Positions 9,426-18,352 of a stretch of 64,000 nucleotides of DNA are shown here, in pieces. Position 1 is the stretch's first letter, and every line of letters begins with the position of its first letter. Source of the stretch: a virus (taxonomy: Duplodnaviria > Caudoviricetes); the IMG/VR virus record IMGVR_UViG_3300046488_000208, positions 1,285 through 65,284 of that record; one strand, written 5' to 3'. The notes under the pieces were generated by a model. The model made no database searches. It was not told where the DNA came from and saw only the letters and a list, made by a program, of their open reading frames with translations. A program made the position numbers and the translations under genes.

Positions 9426-9498
9426 GCAGAAGTAACTCAATTGGTAGAGCGTCAGCCTTCCAAGCTGAAAGTTGCGGGTTCGAGTCCCGTTTTCTGCT
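9426..9498 (+). tRNA. tRNA-Gly(TCC)
   Basis: gcagaag/tttctgc U73, tcagc-ctTCCaa-gctga. Confidence 0.92.
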
Positions 9499-9632
9499 CA
9501 AAGTCCCATCCTGCTGTGGGTGTGCAAGGTCAGTTAATCTATCCTGACTGTTCTCCGGAATCCCTTTGATGCACATGGGACACTTTTTTAAATCGGGGAA
9601 GATACACTGTTTTATCGCAGTGCCCCGTCCAT

Positions 9633-9704
9633 GCGAAGTGTAGCTTAATTGGTAAAGCGTCTGTCCACCAAACAGAGGAAGCGGTTCGAATCCGACATTT
9701 CGCA
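9633..9704 (+). tRNA. Non-canonical tRNA, anticodon ACC (Gly?)
   Basis: 8-bp acceptor gcgaagtg/catttcgc, 3-bp T stem, tctgt-ccACCaa-acaga. Confidence 0.65.
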
Positions 9705-9759
9705 CAAAATAATACTTGCAAAAGCAAAATTTTTCATATATTTATTGAAAATTTTTATT

Positions 9760-9966
9760 ATGAAAATGAAATATGTTTTATTGGAGTATGATTACACAAC
9801 TTACTGTCAGGGAACAGCAGACCATAATAGTGGAATGATGTTAGTTCATTGTCCGAAAGATGCAACTTTTATTGAAGTTCGGGCAGCATTAATGAATCTC
9901 AGACACGTTAAAGGTGAATACGAAATTGATATAAAAAGTGTAAGTAATGCAACAATTGAATGGTAA
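9760..9966 (+). CDS. Hypothetical protein
   Basis: ORF trimmed to ATG after the tRNA. Confidence 0.55.
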   Translation: MKMKYVLLEYDYTTYCQGTADHNSGMMLVHCPKDATFIEVRAALMNLRHVKGEYEIDIKSVSNATIEW

Positions 9967-9969
9967 TAT

Positions 9970-10043
9970 AGCGATGTAGTCTCAATGGTTAGAGCAGGAC
10001 TCTTATAAAGTCAAGGTTGTGGGTTCAAGTCCCACCTTCGCTA
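9970..10043 (+). tRNA. tRNA-Ile(TAT)
   Basis: agcgatg/cttcgct, gact-ctTATaa-agtc, TTCAAGT. Confidence 0.85.
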
Positions 10044-10197
10044 CGTATGAAACACAGTGCTCATAGTACGAAACTGTTATAAAGGAGTAGTTAAACCGAA
10101 ATTCAGAAGAAAATCGGCTGTGTTTCAAACTTTTTAAAAGTTCTTTGAGTGATTAACCGATTTTGTTAATCCATGTATTTATGTTAAAAATAAATAT

Positions 10198-10530
10198 ATG
10201 GAAAAAATTTGTAAGAAACATGGTTTGACAGAATATGTCATTCGTATTGATGGACGTTCAAGATGTAAAAAATGTGCTGTTGATGCTGTTCAAAAAAGAA
10301 GACATGTATTAAAAGAAAAAGCAGTTGCATACAAAGGTGGAAAATGTGTAAAGTGTGGATATAATAAATATGTTGGAGCACTTGAATTTCACCATACTAA
10401 TGGGGATAAAGAATTTGGTATTGGTGCAAAAGGTTATACAAGAAGTTGGGAAAAAGTAAAAGAAGAATTAGATAAATGTATATTAGTATGTTCAAATTGT
10501 CATAAAGAAATTGAAGGAAATATAATTTAA
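10198..10530 (+). CDS. HNH endonuclease
   Basis: GGKCVKCGY..ALEFHH..ELDKCILVCSNCHKE. Confidence 0.8.
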   Translation: MEKICKKHGLTEYVIRIDGRSRCKKCAVDAVQKRRHVLKEKAVAYKGGKCVKCGYNKYVGALEFHHTNGDKEFGIGAKGYTRSWEKVKEELDKCILVCSNCHKEIEGNII

Positions 10531-10531
10531 T

Positions 10532-10604
10532 GCCTCAGTAGCTCAGTGGTAGTAGCGGTGGTCTGTTAAACCAAAGGTCGTAAGTTCAATCCTTACCTGG
10601 GGCG
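10532..10604 (+). tRNA. tRNA-Asn(GTT), second copy
   Basis: gcctcag/ctggggc G73, ctGTTaa loop. Confidence 0.88.
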
Positions 10605-10703
10605 CAACAAATTGGTAATATGAACGATAGCATTGATTTTGCACAATAGCACGAACAATGCTACCATTCAAAAGTGATGATAACATATTAAATATCAATA
10701 ACT

Positions 10704-10979
10704 ATGAAAAAAAAACCATTTTTACCTATGTCATGTAAAGGAGTAAAATGCATGATAGTTGGTTGCAGAGAACTTGCTTCTCATAAAGTTGGTGAAGAAA
10801 ATATTTGGTGTAGAGATGAAGGTATTGGAAATGACGAGTATTTAAAACATCAACAGTTTGATGAATCACATAATGCAACAACTTATTTATGTGAAGAACA
10901 TTTTAAATTTGTTATGAAAAGAGAAACTGAATATAATACTATTGAAGATAATCGATTTGAAGGTCGATTAATAAAATGA
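10704..10979 (+). CDS. Cys-rich hypothetical protein, paralog of 18092..18352
   Basis: Shared CKGVKCM..GC..LASHK.GEENIW...TTYLC..MxRETEYNTI. Confidence 0.7.
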   Translation: MKKKPFLPMSCKGVKCMIVGCRELASHKVGEENIWCRDEGIGNDEYLKHQQFDESHNATTYLCEEHFKFVMKRETEYNTIEDNRFEGRLIK

Positions 10980-11263
10980 AAATTGATTATTTAACACCTG
11001 TTTATGTTGATAAGATTGAAAAGCCACTAGAAGAAGGCAAATGTTATATTTCAAAAGAATTTGGCATTGCAATTCACTTATGTGCTTGCGGATGTGGGGA
11101 AGAAACAGTAATGGATTTAAAACCTAATTGGAAAGATGGATGGAATTTAATTGAAAATATTGATGGTACAATATCATTTACTCCATCAATTGGTAATTGG
11201 TCCGGTCAAAACCCGTATCATGCACATTATTTTATTACAAATAATAAAATAATTTGGTTATGA
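10976..11263 (+). CDS. DUF6527-like protein
   Basis: AIHLCACGCGE...SFTPSIGNW...HAHYFI. Confidence 0.7.
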   Translation: MKIDYLTPVYVDKIEKPLEEGKCYISKEFGIAIHLCACGCGEETVMDLKPNWKDGWNLIENIDGTISFTPSIGNWSGQNPYHAHYFITNNKIIWL

Positions 11264-11271
11264 AAATAAAT

Positions 11272-11344
11272 GCCGAAATAACTCAATTGGTAGAGTATCT
11301 GATTCGTATTCAGAATGTTGCAGGTTCGATTCCTGCTTTTGGCT
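11272..11344 (+). tRNA. tRNA-Thr(CGT)
   Basis: gccgaaa/ttttggc, tctga-ttCGTat-tcaga. Confidence 0.88.
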
Positions 11345-11362
11345 CAAAATTTTGATATAATA

Positions 11363-11578
11363 ATGGAAAGATTTCATATATTTGAATGGAACAAATGGGA
11401 TAAAGAATATTCCATGATTATCCTTTCAGAAGAAGATATTAAAAATGAAATTAATTTAAGGGGTGCAGGTTTTGAAATACTTGTTATTCCCAATAAATTT
11501 GAAAATACATCAAATGAATATCTCGATTTTTGGAAAAAAATAACTTTAATGAGAAGTGGAAGAATAATATACATATAA
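11363..11578 (+). CDS. Hypothetical protein
   Basis: ORF between tRNAs, trimmed to ATG. Confidence 0.5.
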   Translation: MERFHIFEWNKWDKEYSMIILSEEDIKNEINLRGAGFEILVIPNKFENTSNEYLDFWKKITLMRSGRIIYI

Positions 11579-11582
11579 TAAT

Positions 11583-11667
11583 GCCGATATCCTATAGTGG
11601 TCGATTAGGCTAGTTTTGTAAACTAGATGCTAATAACTCACCGGGGGTTCGAATCCCTCTATCGGCT
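11583..11667 (+). tRNA. tRNA-Thr(TGT) with 16-nt variable region
   Basis: gccgata/tatcggc, ctagt-ttTGTaa-actag. Confidence 0.8.
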
Positions 11668-11682
11668 CAAATTCAAATAGTT

Positions 11683-11901
11683 ATGGAAAGTTTGCCCAGT
11701 GAAAATCACGAAGAACGTTTCTTGAAGAAATTACAATCAAGATTTAAAGAGTATGTTGATTTAACTCCGTACTTCATAAAAGTTGCAATTGTCACAATAA
11801 TTGTTTTCCTTTGTTCGATATTTATTTGGTACAGTTTTCTTCGTATAGATAAAAACAAGCCAGTAATTGAAAACATTGTTGACCAATTTAAAAAGAAATA
11901 A
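11683..11901 (+). CDS. Small membrane protein
   Basis: One hydrophobic segment. Confidence 0.5.
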   Translation: MESLPSENHEERFLKKLQSRFKEYVDLTPYFIKVAIVTIIVFLCSIFIWYSFLRIDKNKPVIENIVDQFKKK

Positions 11902-11905
11902 ACCT

Positions 11906-11977
11906 GCCTCCATAGTTCAACGGATAGAACGGATGCCTTCTAAGCAACAAATTGGGGTTCGATTCCCCGTGGGGGTA
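11906..11977 (+). tRNA. tRNA-Arg(TCT)
   Basis: gcctcca/tgggggt, ctTCTaa loop. Confidence 0.88.
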
Positions 11978-12094
11978 CAAATAAAATTAAAATATGTTTC
12001 CTTATTTTTCTGAAATGGCAAAACAACAACGAAAAGATGAATTGAAATTCGCTTTGGTGTTGTTAATATTAGCAGTTATTGCAACTGCACTTAT

Positions 12095-12119
12095 GCTCTT
12101 ATAGTTTAATGGATAGAAT
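12095..12119 (+). pseudogene. tRNA relic (5' acceptor strand and D arm only)
   Basis: gctcttatagtttaatggatagaat resembles the 5' end of the Arg tRNAs, then breaks off before the HNH gene. Confidence 0.55.
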
Positions 12120-12185
12120 TAAATACATTATTTTTTATGTCTATACGATTTTTATAAATAATGAAGTATTTATGATAAAAATACC

Positions 12186-12803
12186 ATGAATACTTATAAT
12201 GAAAAAGAACTTGAAAAGTTAATAATTTACGAAAATAAAAGTTATTCAGAAATTGGAAAAATATTTGGTGTTACTGGTGGTGCAATAAAAAAAGCAGCAC
12301 TAAGATTTGGAATTTCATTACCGAGAAGACGTGATATTAATCCCAATGAAACATTTAATAAGGGGAAAGCATTTATTGAATATAAAAGGGGTATATGTAA
12401 AAATTGTTGTGTTGAAATTATCATGTATCCTGAAAGAGATAGTGAATTTTGCTCCAATAAATGTCATTGCGAATATGAATATCGACAATATATTGAAAGA
12501 TGGAAAAATGGTAAAGAAAGCGGAATCATCGGGAAATTTTCAATGTCAAATCACATAAAAAAATATTTCTTTGAAAAATTTAATAATAAATGTCAAAAGT
12601 GTGGCTGGGGAGAAAAAAATGAACACAGTAATAAAATTCCACTTCAACATCATCATGTTGATGGAAATTCATTAAATAATAAAGAAGAAAATATTGAACT
12701 TTTATGTCCAAACTGTCATTCATTAACAAAAAATTTTGGAAGTAGAAATAAAAATGCAACTAATGGAAGGTCCGAATATTTTGGAAGAAAAAAGCACAAG
12801 TAA
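12186..12803 (+). CDS. HNH homing endonuclease with N-terminal HTH
   Basis: KCQKCGW...LQHHHVDGNSLNNKEENIELLCPNCHS. Confidence 0.85.
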   Translation: MNTYNEKELEKLIIYENKSYSEIGKIFGVTGGAIKKAALRFGISLPRRRDINPNETFNKGKAFIEYKRGICKNCCVEIIMYPERDSEFCSNKCHCEYEYRQYIERWKNGKESGIIGKFSMSNHIKKYFFEKFNNKCQKCGWGEKNEHSNKIPLQHHHVDGNSLNNKEENIELLCPNCHSLTKNFGSRNKNATNGRSEYFGRKKHK

Positions 12804-12883
12804 AACGTAATTGGATGACCGTCCCAGTTTCCTAAACTGGTATCACTAATGTGATATGTGGGTTCGAGTCCCACCTCTGTGCA
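12794..12883 (+). tRNA. tRNA-Arg(CCT) with long variable arm
   Basis: ccagt-ttCCTaa-actgg; variable stem tatcac/gtgata; bulged acceptor; overlaps HNH stop. Confidence 0.75.
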
Positions 12884-12898
12884 CTAAAAACAATTGAT

Positions 12899-13141
12899 AT
12901 GGCAACAGCGATTTGTCCTAAATGTGGAAAAGTAATTTATGCACCTGACAGTTCAGTGCAATTGGAAAAAGATTTTGTCTTGTGTTGTGACGAAGTAATA
13001 TACATACCAACAAATCAAGATTATGACATTTTCTTTAATGAATTATTAAATCCTTCTGAACCCAATGAAGCATTGAAAAAAGCTGTATCACGTTATAAAA
13101 AACGAACTAATGAAATTCACGATAGAGAAACTCAAGAATAA
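12899..13141 (+). CDS. Hypothetical Zn-ribbon protein
   Basis: CPKCG; trimmed to ATG. Confidence 0.5.
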   Translation: MATAICPKCGKVIYAPDSSVQLEKDFVLCCDEVIYIPTNQDYDIFFNELLNPSEPNEALKKAVSRYKKRTNEIHDRETQE

Positions 13142-13316
13142 ACTTGAATATACTGATGGAAAGACTTTTGTTTCACAAACCGGATATGCATTTATAGATG
13201 AAAGTGGCTGTTGTATAATAATTGTTTACGGTGAAGGTCGCAGAGACGGAATGTCTAAGTATTTAACAGAAGACGGTGACGTACTGCACATAAAATATAG
13301 AATAATGCCTTTGTAG
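13110..13316 (+). CDS. Hypothetical protein
   Basis: ORF track. Confidence 0.45.
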   Translation: MKFTIEKLKNKLEYTDGKTFVSQTGYAFIDESGCCIIIVYGEGRRDGMSKYLTEDGDVLHIKYRIMPL

Positions 13317-13381
13317 CATAACGGATAATGCGCTTGTCTTCGAAACAAGGTCTTATGGGGGTTCGAGTCCCTCCAGGGGTA
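13307..13381 (+). tRNA. tRNA-Arg(TCG)
   Basis: gcctttg/caggggt, cttgt-ctTCGaa-acaag. Confidence 0.88.
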
Positions 13382-13435
13382 CAAAAAACCTTAAGTATTA
13401 GGGTTTATAGTATAATAAAAAGTAATGTGAAAACA

Positions 13436-13714
13436 ATGGAATTAATACCTATATTTGTTGATACTATTCCAATTGAAATTGAAGAAGGAAAAGTATTTAT
13501 TACAAAAAAATATTGTGTTGCAGTACATCTTTGTGCGTGTGGTTGTGGTGAAAAAACAGTTATGAACTTTAAACCCAATTGGAAAGACGGTTGGACATTA
13601 ATTGAAAATCCCGATGGTACGGTTTCATTTTCTCCGTCAATTGGTAATTTCACTGGTCAAGACCCATATCATGCACATTATTTTATAGTGAATAACAAAA
13701 TAGTTTGGTGTTAA
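13436..13714 (+). CDS. DUF6527-like protein, paralog of 10976..11263
   Basis: AVHLCACGCGE..KPNWKDGW..SFSPSIGN..YHAHYF. Confidence 0.7.
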   Translation: MELIPIFVDTIPIEIEEGKVFITKKYCVAVHLCACGCGEKTVMNFKPNWKDGWTLIENPDGTVSFSPSIGNFTGQDPYHAHYFIVNNKIVWC

Positions 13715-13857
13715 AAATAAAATGAAATGAAAAAACTGATTGATTATTTTACGTGTCGTCCGACAAGGCAAGCATTGCTATTTGGATTGACGATTCTTTT
13801 TGGTGAAATCATATTTTTTATTTTATTATGTACCGGAACTATTGTGGTACAATAAAT

Positions 13858-13932
13858 GCACCCGTAGCATAATTGGATTAGTGCATTGGTCTACGAAACC
13901 AAAGGTTGTGAGTTCGAATCTCACCGGGTGTA
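13858..13932 (+). tRNA. tRNA-Arg(ACG)
   Basis: gcacccg/cgggtgt, ttggt-ctACGaa-accaa. Confidence 0.92.
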
Positions 13933-13974
13933 CAAAACAAAACTCAAACGTATTTATATTAAAGGTTTGAAACG

Positions 13975-14649
13975 ATGATTGAATATAACGAAAATGAATT
14001 ACGTCAAATTGTAGCGGAATGTAATACGTATAGGGATGTTTTACATAAATTTGAAAGAAATGAATCAGGTGCATCATATAAGACACTACATAGACGTTTA
14101 AATGAATGGAAGATTGATACTTCACATTTTTTAAACAGAAGTGAGTTAATGATAGCAAATCAAGGAATTTATTCGAGAAAAAGCAATGAAGAAATTTTTA
14201 GTATAAATGATGTTGGAAGAAAAACGATAAAAGACAGAATAATTGCTGAAAATTTAATTGAATATAAATGTAAGTTTTGTGGTCAAGATGAAAATTGGCA
14301 TGGTAAAAAAATTTCATTAATTCTTGACCATATAAATGGTGTTAACAATGATAATCATCTGGAAAATTTGAGGTTCTTATGTCCAAATTGTAATGCAACA
14401 CTGGAAACACATTGTAAAGGAGCATCCGCATTATCACCGAAACCAATTAAAGTAAAAAAGATAAGAATAAGTCCACCAAGATTAAGTCAAAGAAAAGTTA
14501 AAGAGCGACCATCATTGGATGAACTAAACGGAATGTTAAAAACAATGTCATATCGTGCAATCGGTAAAAAATATAATGTTAGTGACACTGCAATTAGAAG
14601 GTGGATAAATTTATATCATAAAACAAATATATTGGATAAAATAATTTAA
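13975..14649 (+). CDS. HNH homing endonuclease with C-terminal HTH
   Basis: LILDHINGVNNDNHLENLRFLCPNC; SYRAIGKKYNVSDTAIRRW. Confidence 0.85.
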   Translation: MIEYNENELRQIVAECNTYRDVLHKFERNESGASYKTLHRRLNEWKIDTSHFLNRSELMIANQGIYSRKSNEEIFSINDVGRKTIKDRIIAENLIEYKCKFCGQDENWHGKKISLILDHINGVNNDNHLENLRFLCPNCNATLETHCKGASALSPKPIKVKKIRISPPRLSQRKVKERPSLDELNGMLKTMSYRAIGKKYNVSDTAIRRWINLYHKTNILDKII

Positions 14650-14713
14650 AATGATAATTATGAAGTATCTCAACACATCGTAAATCAATCCTGCTATTGA
14701 TTATGCGATTGGT

Positions 14714-14962
14714 ATGTTATTTAGACAAACAAAAAAGCAGGAACAGCCAGAACTCGTGAAAGACGATGCATTCTACAGAAAGCATCCGAAAATTATGAGA
14801 CTTTGGCTTGTGGAAATCACGTCTACGGATGGTGAAATCCAAAAGTTTTACGTTAGCGGTATGACAAAATTTGATGCCTATGAAAAGGCTGATGGTTACA
14901 GGTACTGGACTGCAGACGTTGGACTTAAAAATAAGTTGAGTACTTTTAGGCTTATGCCTTAA
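14714..14962 (+). CDS. Hypothetical protein
   Basis: ORF track. Confidence 0.55.
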   Translation: MLFRQTKKQEQPELVKDDAFYRKHPKIMRLWLVEITSTDGEIQKFYVSGMTKFDAYEKADGYRYWTADVGLKNKLSTFRLMP

Positions 14963-14993
14963 AGAAAAATTGCAGGGGAAGACCCTGCAACAT

Positions 14994-15067
14994 GCACCGG
15001 TAGTTTAACTGGAAAGAATTGCCCCGTCTCAGGGGTACGATATGTGGTTCGAATCCCATTCGGTGTG
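14994..15067 (+). tRNA. Irregular tRNA, Asp(GTC) or Glu(CTC) ambiguous
   Basis: gcaccgg/tcggtgt G73; anticodon region tgcccc-gtctca-ggggta (6- or 8-nt loop); bulged T stem. Confidence 0.55.
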
Positions 15068-15077
15068 CAATAACATC

Positions 15078-15148
15078 GCAGGTGTAGCATAGGGGTAGTG
15101 CATTGGCTTGCCGAGCCGAGGACGAGGGTTCGATTCCCTTCACCTGCT
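15078..15148 (+). tRNA. tRNA-Gly(GCC)
   Basis: gcaggtg/cacctgc U73, ttGCCga loop. Confidence 0.9.
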
Positions 15149-15206
15149 CTACTAAGTTCGAAAATCTTTTTTCGCATTTCATAGTATTTATATTAAAGTA
15201 AATATT

Positions 15207-15884
15207 ATGAAATGGAATAAAGAGGACGTTGAAAAAGCAATTGCACTTCATAAGGAAGGAAAGGGATTTCAAGAAATTGCCAATGTATTAGGTAGAAATT
15301 TTAGGTGTGTTCAGATAAAATTAAATAAACTTGGGTATCACCAAAATTATGCTGAGACCAAAGAAACCAAAGCGTGTCTTAACTGCAGTAATGTATTCAC
15401 ATCGTTAATAAGTAAAAACAGAAGATTTTGTTCACAGTCATGCGGTGCAGAATATAACAATAGAAAATACCCCAAACGAGCCAACATAAACAAACTGAAA
15501 AATTGTTTACATTGCGGTCAGCCATTAAATTCACGTCAAACAAAATTTTGTTCCCCCAAATGTAGTGGCGAATATTTTCAACAAGAAAATTTTAAGAAAA
15601 TTGAAAATGGGAATGTGTTATTTCCCGCTACCATGTATAAAAAGTACCTCATACATAAGCACGGTAACAAGTGTATGAAGTGTGGCTGGAATGAAGTAAA
15701 TCCGACTACGGGTTTAGTGCCAATTCAACTGGAGCATAAGGACGGTAATTCTGAGAATCATAACTTAAATAATTTGGAATTGTTGTGTCCCAATCATCAT
15801 TCATTGACTCCAACATTTGGTGCACTGAACAAAGGCAATGGTAGAACCAAGAGAAGAGAAAAAAGAAAATCTCTTGCATATTAA
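15207..15884 (+). CDS. HNH homing endonuclease
   Basis: KCMKCGW...IQLEHKDGNSENHNLNNLELLCPNHHS. Confidence 0.85.
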   Translation: MKWNKEDVEKAIALHKEGKGFQEIANVLGRNFRCVQIKLNKLGYHQNYAETKETKACLNCSNVFTSLISKNRRFCSQSCGAEYNNRKYPKRANINKLKNCLHCGQPLNSRQTKFCSPKCSGEYFQQENFKKIENGNVLFPATMYKKYLIHKHGNKCMKCGWNEVNPTTGLVPIQLEHKDGNSENHNLNNLELLCPNHHSLTPTFGALNKGNGRTKRREKRKSLAY

Positions 15885-15922
15885 GGAATTTAGTGCGATA
15901 TTTACAACAAAATTTATAAATC

Positions 15923-16201
15923 ATGAAAAGCAAAAAATCTTTTAAAGGAAAACTAATTAAATTAGTTGTTGAAAATTTATGTGAAACAGAATTTATGTGG
16001 ATTTCACAAACAACATTGCAAGAATATCTCGATAAACATCTGGCATTTAAAACAGAGGTTGTGAATTTCACGTTAAATGAGTATCAAGTTGGAAAAGATG
16101 CCGAAATAAAATTCATTGACGAAGACAATAAACCTCGTGTGATTGACCTTCATATTGCACAAATTCAAAGGTCAGTAAATGAACTCGTAAAAATACAATA
16201 A
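15923..16201 (+). CDS. Hypothetical protein
   Basis: ORF track. Confidence 0.55.
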   Translation: MKSKKSFKGKLIKLVVENLCETEFMWISQTTLQEYLDKHLAFKTEVVNFTLNEYQVGKDAEIKFIDEDNKPRVIDLHIAQIQRSVNELVKIQ

Positions 16202-16205
16202 AACA

Positions 16206-16646
16206 ATGAAAGAATCTATTCAAACATCAATAAATGCTCTCGACAAACAAATGAGTATTCTTGGAGCAGCAAAAGAACAGACCGACAACGATAACTCCAA
16301 ACGATTGTTATCAATTGCCATAACAAATATCCAAACAGCAAAACTTTATCTCAAAGAAGCAAAAGACTTGGGATATACTGAATTTATTTTGGAATCCCCT
16401 AAAGGATGTGAAGATAATACATCGGGTGAAGCACCATTGGATGAAAAAATAATAAAATTTCCAATACCTACATTTGAGGAAGTACAAGAAAAAATTGTAA
16501 AATCTTTAAGTAATACGAATTGGATAACAAGATATTCGGCAATTAGGATGATTGACTATGTTATATTACCCACACTTGGTAGTGAAGCAGATGTTAAATT
16601 TTGGAATGGAATTTCTGATTTATTAAAACAACAAGAGAAATCATAA
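16206..16646 (+). CDS. Hypothetical protein
   Basis: ORF track. Confidence 0.6.
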   Translation: MKESIQTSINALDKQMSILGAAKEQTDNDNSKRLLSIAITNIQTAKLYLKEAKDLGYTEFILESPKGCEDNTSGEAPLDEKIIKFPIPTFEEVQEKIVKSLSNTNWITRYSAIRMIDYVILPTLGSEADVKFWNGISDLLKQQEKS

Positions 16647-16736
16647 TGTGATGAACATGGCATAGACCTACCCCCATCACAATCTCGCCAGAATCTCGAC
16701 AATCTGGCGAAATCCGGACAATAATCCGGACAACAG

Positions 16737-17040
16737 TAAAAAATAACACCGAGGATTCATCGCTATCCGGACACTAATCAGGACATTTTGTCCAGATAAA
16801 TGTCCGGATAGAGGAAGTTCAGAACACCTTTGCTAAATGCGGAAGATTAGGTTGAGAAATGAAGCATCAGAGTACCAACTGTTTAAAATCGTTACTACCG
16901 CAGAGATTAGAAGCACTACTTGTAGTGTGGGGTGCAAGCCATACAGACTTAGAGGGAAAGCAACTCTGTGATAGTCGGGTTGGTGCTTAGATAAATGATG
17001 ATTAACAACAGAATTCTGGCTACGCTCATGTTATTTTTTA
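16737..17040 (+). ncRNA. rnpB: RNase P RNA
   Basis: P1 taaaaaataaca..gag/ctc.tgttatttttta; P3 atccggaca/tgtccggat; GAGGAAGTTCAG, GGTGCAAG, AGATAAATGAT and ACAGAATTCTGGCTAC resemble the conserved RNase P core. Confidence 0.8.
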
Positions 17041-17047
17041 CTTTTAC

Positions 17048-17076
17048 TGTAACATTTTCAGAAATTTTACGTATAA
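17048..17076 (+). promoter_or_regulatory. ECF-type promoter TGTAAC-N16-CGTATAA before rplL
   Basis: Same motif at 19322, 27187, 30757, 38417(-), 57281(-) and 13 copies in 58-64 kb. Confidence 0.7.
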
Positions 17077-17102
17077 TTGCATAATAATTAATAATAGAAA
17101 TA

Positions 17103-17480
17103 ATGGCAACAAATCCAAAATTATTCGCAATTGCTGACACATTGACAAAATTGACGGTGTTAGAAGCAAAACAACTCATTGATATTCTTGAAAATGATTA
17201 TGGCATCAAGGGTCAGAGCATTGTAACTCCGATTGGTGTACCAACACCCGAAGTTGCAGTAAAAGAACAGACTGAATTTGATGTTTATCTGAAAGAAATT
17301 GGTGGACAAAAATTACATGTCATCAAAAAAGTTAATGAATGCTTGAGATTGGGACTCAAAGAATCAAAAGAACTGGTCGATAAATGTCCGGGTCTTCTGA
17401 CAGGAAAAGTATCAAAAACCGATGCATTGATACTTAAAACCGAACTGGAAAATGTGGGTGCAGTAGTTGAAATAAAATAA
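17103..17480 (+). CDS. rplL: Ribosomal protein bL12 (L7/L12)
   Basis: LTVLEA.QL..ILE..YGI; EQTEFDV.L...GGQKL.VIK.V....LGLKESKELV; LE.VGAVVEIK. Confidence 0.92.
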   Translation: MATNPKLFAIADTLTKLTVLEAKQLIDILENDYGIKGQSIVTPIGVPTPEVAVKEQTEFDVYLKEIGGQKLHVIKKVNECLRLGLKESKELVDKCPGLLTGKVSKTDALILKTELENVGAVVEIK

Positions 17481-17482
17481 TT

Positions 17483-17788
17483 ATGAAAGGAATCATAAAA
17501 TATCAACAAAAGTTGTATAAAAAGGCAAGTGACCCTCACAAAGTTAAAAAGGGCGACTTGATTAAACTTGAATGTAAGAGAGGTAGTGATTACTTTCAAT
17601 ACAATGGTATTTATACAGTTATCAGCGATTCCAGAGAGATTCACATTAAAAATTATAAGGGAGAAGGTTTAACATTATGCTTGAAACTTGGATATAACGT
17701 ATTTTATGATGATTATTTCAGATTAGTTGAAACCAAAAGAAAGAAGTCATTACCAAACGTTTTAAAAGAAGAACAATATGAAAACTGA
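17483..17788 (+). CDS. Hypothetical protein
   Basis: ORF track. Confidence 0.55.
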   Translation: MKGIIKYQQKLYKKASDPHKVKKGDLIKLECKRGSDYFQYNGIYTVISDSREIHIKNYKGEGLTLCLKLGYNVFYDDYFRLVETKRKKSLPNVLKEEQYEN

Positions 17789-18095
17789 ATTGTGGAAAAT
17801 ATTGGTTCCAGCTTCCGGCAACAATGACAAGGAGTTCACTTATGAGCATCATAAGGCATGGGATGCATTTGTCAAAGACCTTACAGGTGGAGTAACCGTC
17901 ATGAAGACTGCCAAAGGTCAGTGGGTAAGTCCACACGGTCAGTTATATGTTGACAGAATGATTCCTTGTAGAATTATCTGTACCAAAGAGCAAATCAATA
18001 AAATTGTTGATTTTACTTTAGTGCATTATGACCAAGAAGCAATTCTTGCATATAAAATTAGTAGTGTAGTAATTTTAAAACATAAAAAGCAATGA
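17778..18095 (+). CDS. Conserved phage hypothetical protein
   Basis: HHKAWD..V...TGG.T....AKGQW.SP.G....MIPCRI. Confidence 0.6.
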   Translation: MKTELWKILVPASGNNDKEFTYEHHKAWDAFVKDLTGGVTVMKTAKGQWVSPHGQLYVDRMIPCRIICTKEQINKIVDFTLVHYDQEAILAYKISSVVILKHKKQ

Positions 18096-18352
18096 GCAAT
18101 ACAATTAAACCCAAATTGCCGTTAACATGTAAAGGAGTAAAATGCATGAAAGTTGGTTGCCAAAATCTTGCTTCACATAAAATAGGCGAAGAAAATATTT
18201 GGGACAAAGAACTTCAATCAGAAGAGCATCAAGCATTTGAAAACAGTCATAATTTAACAACATATTTATGTGATAATTGCTTTAATCAAATAATGACAAG
18301 AGAAACTGAATATAATACAATTAAAGACGACAGATATGGGAATGTTCGGTGA
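18092..18352 (+). CDS. Cys-rich hypothetical protein, paralog of 10704..10979
   Basis: Direct sequence similarity. Confidence 0.65.
   Translation: MSNTIKPKLPLTCKGVKCMKVGCQNLASHKIGEENIWDKELQSEEHQAFENSHNLTTYLCDNCFNQIMTRETEYNTIKDDRYGNVR

Noticed and set aside
9143-9727. Minus-strand ORFs over the tRNA cluster (also 14952-15272) and other antisense ORFs in the track
   Set aside because: They are shadows of tRNA genes or of better-supported + strand genes.
12095-12883. Intron-split tRNA containing the HNH gene
   Set aside because: The downstream tRNA has its own 5' strand (gcacaag), the upstream fragment does not pair with its 3' end, and no group I core is visible.
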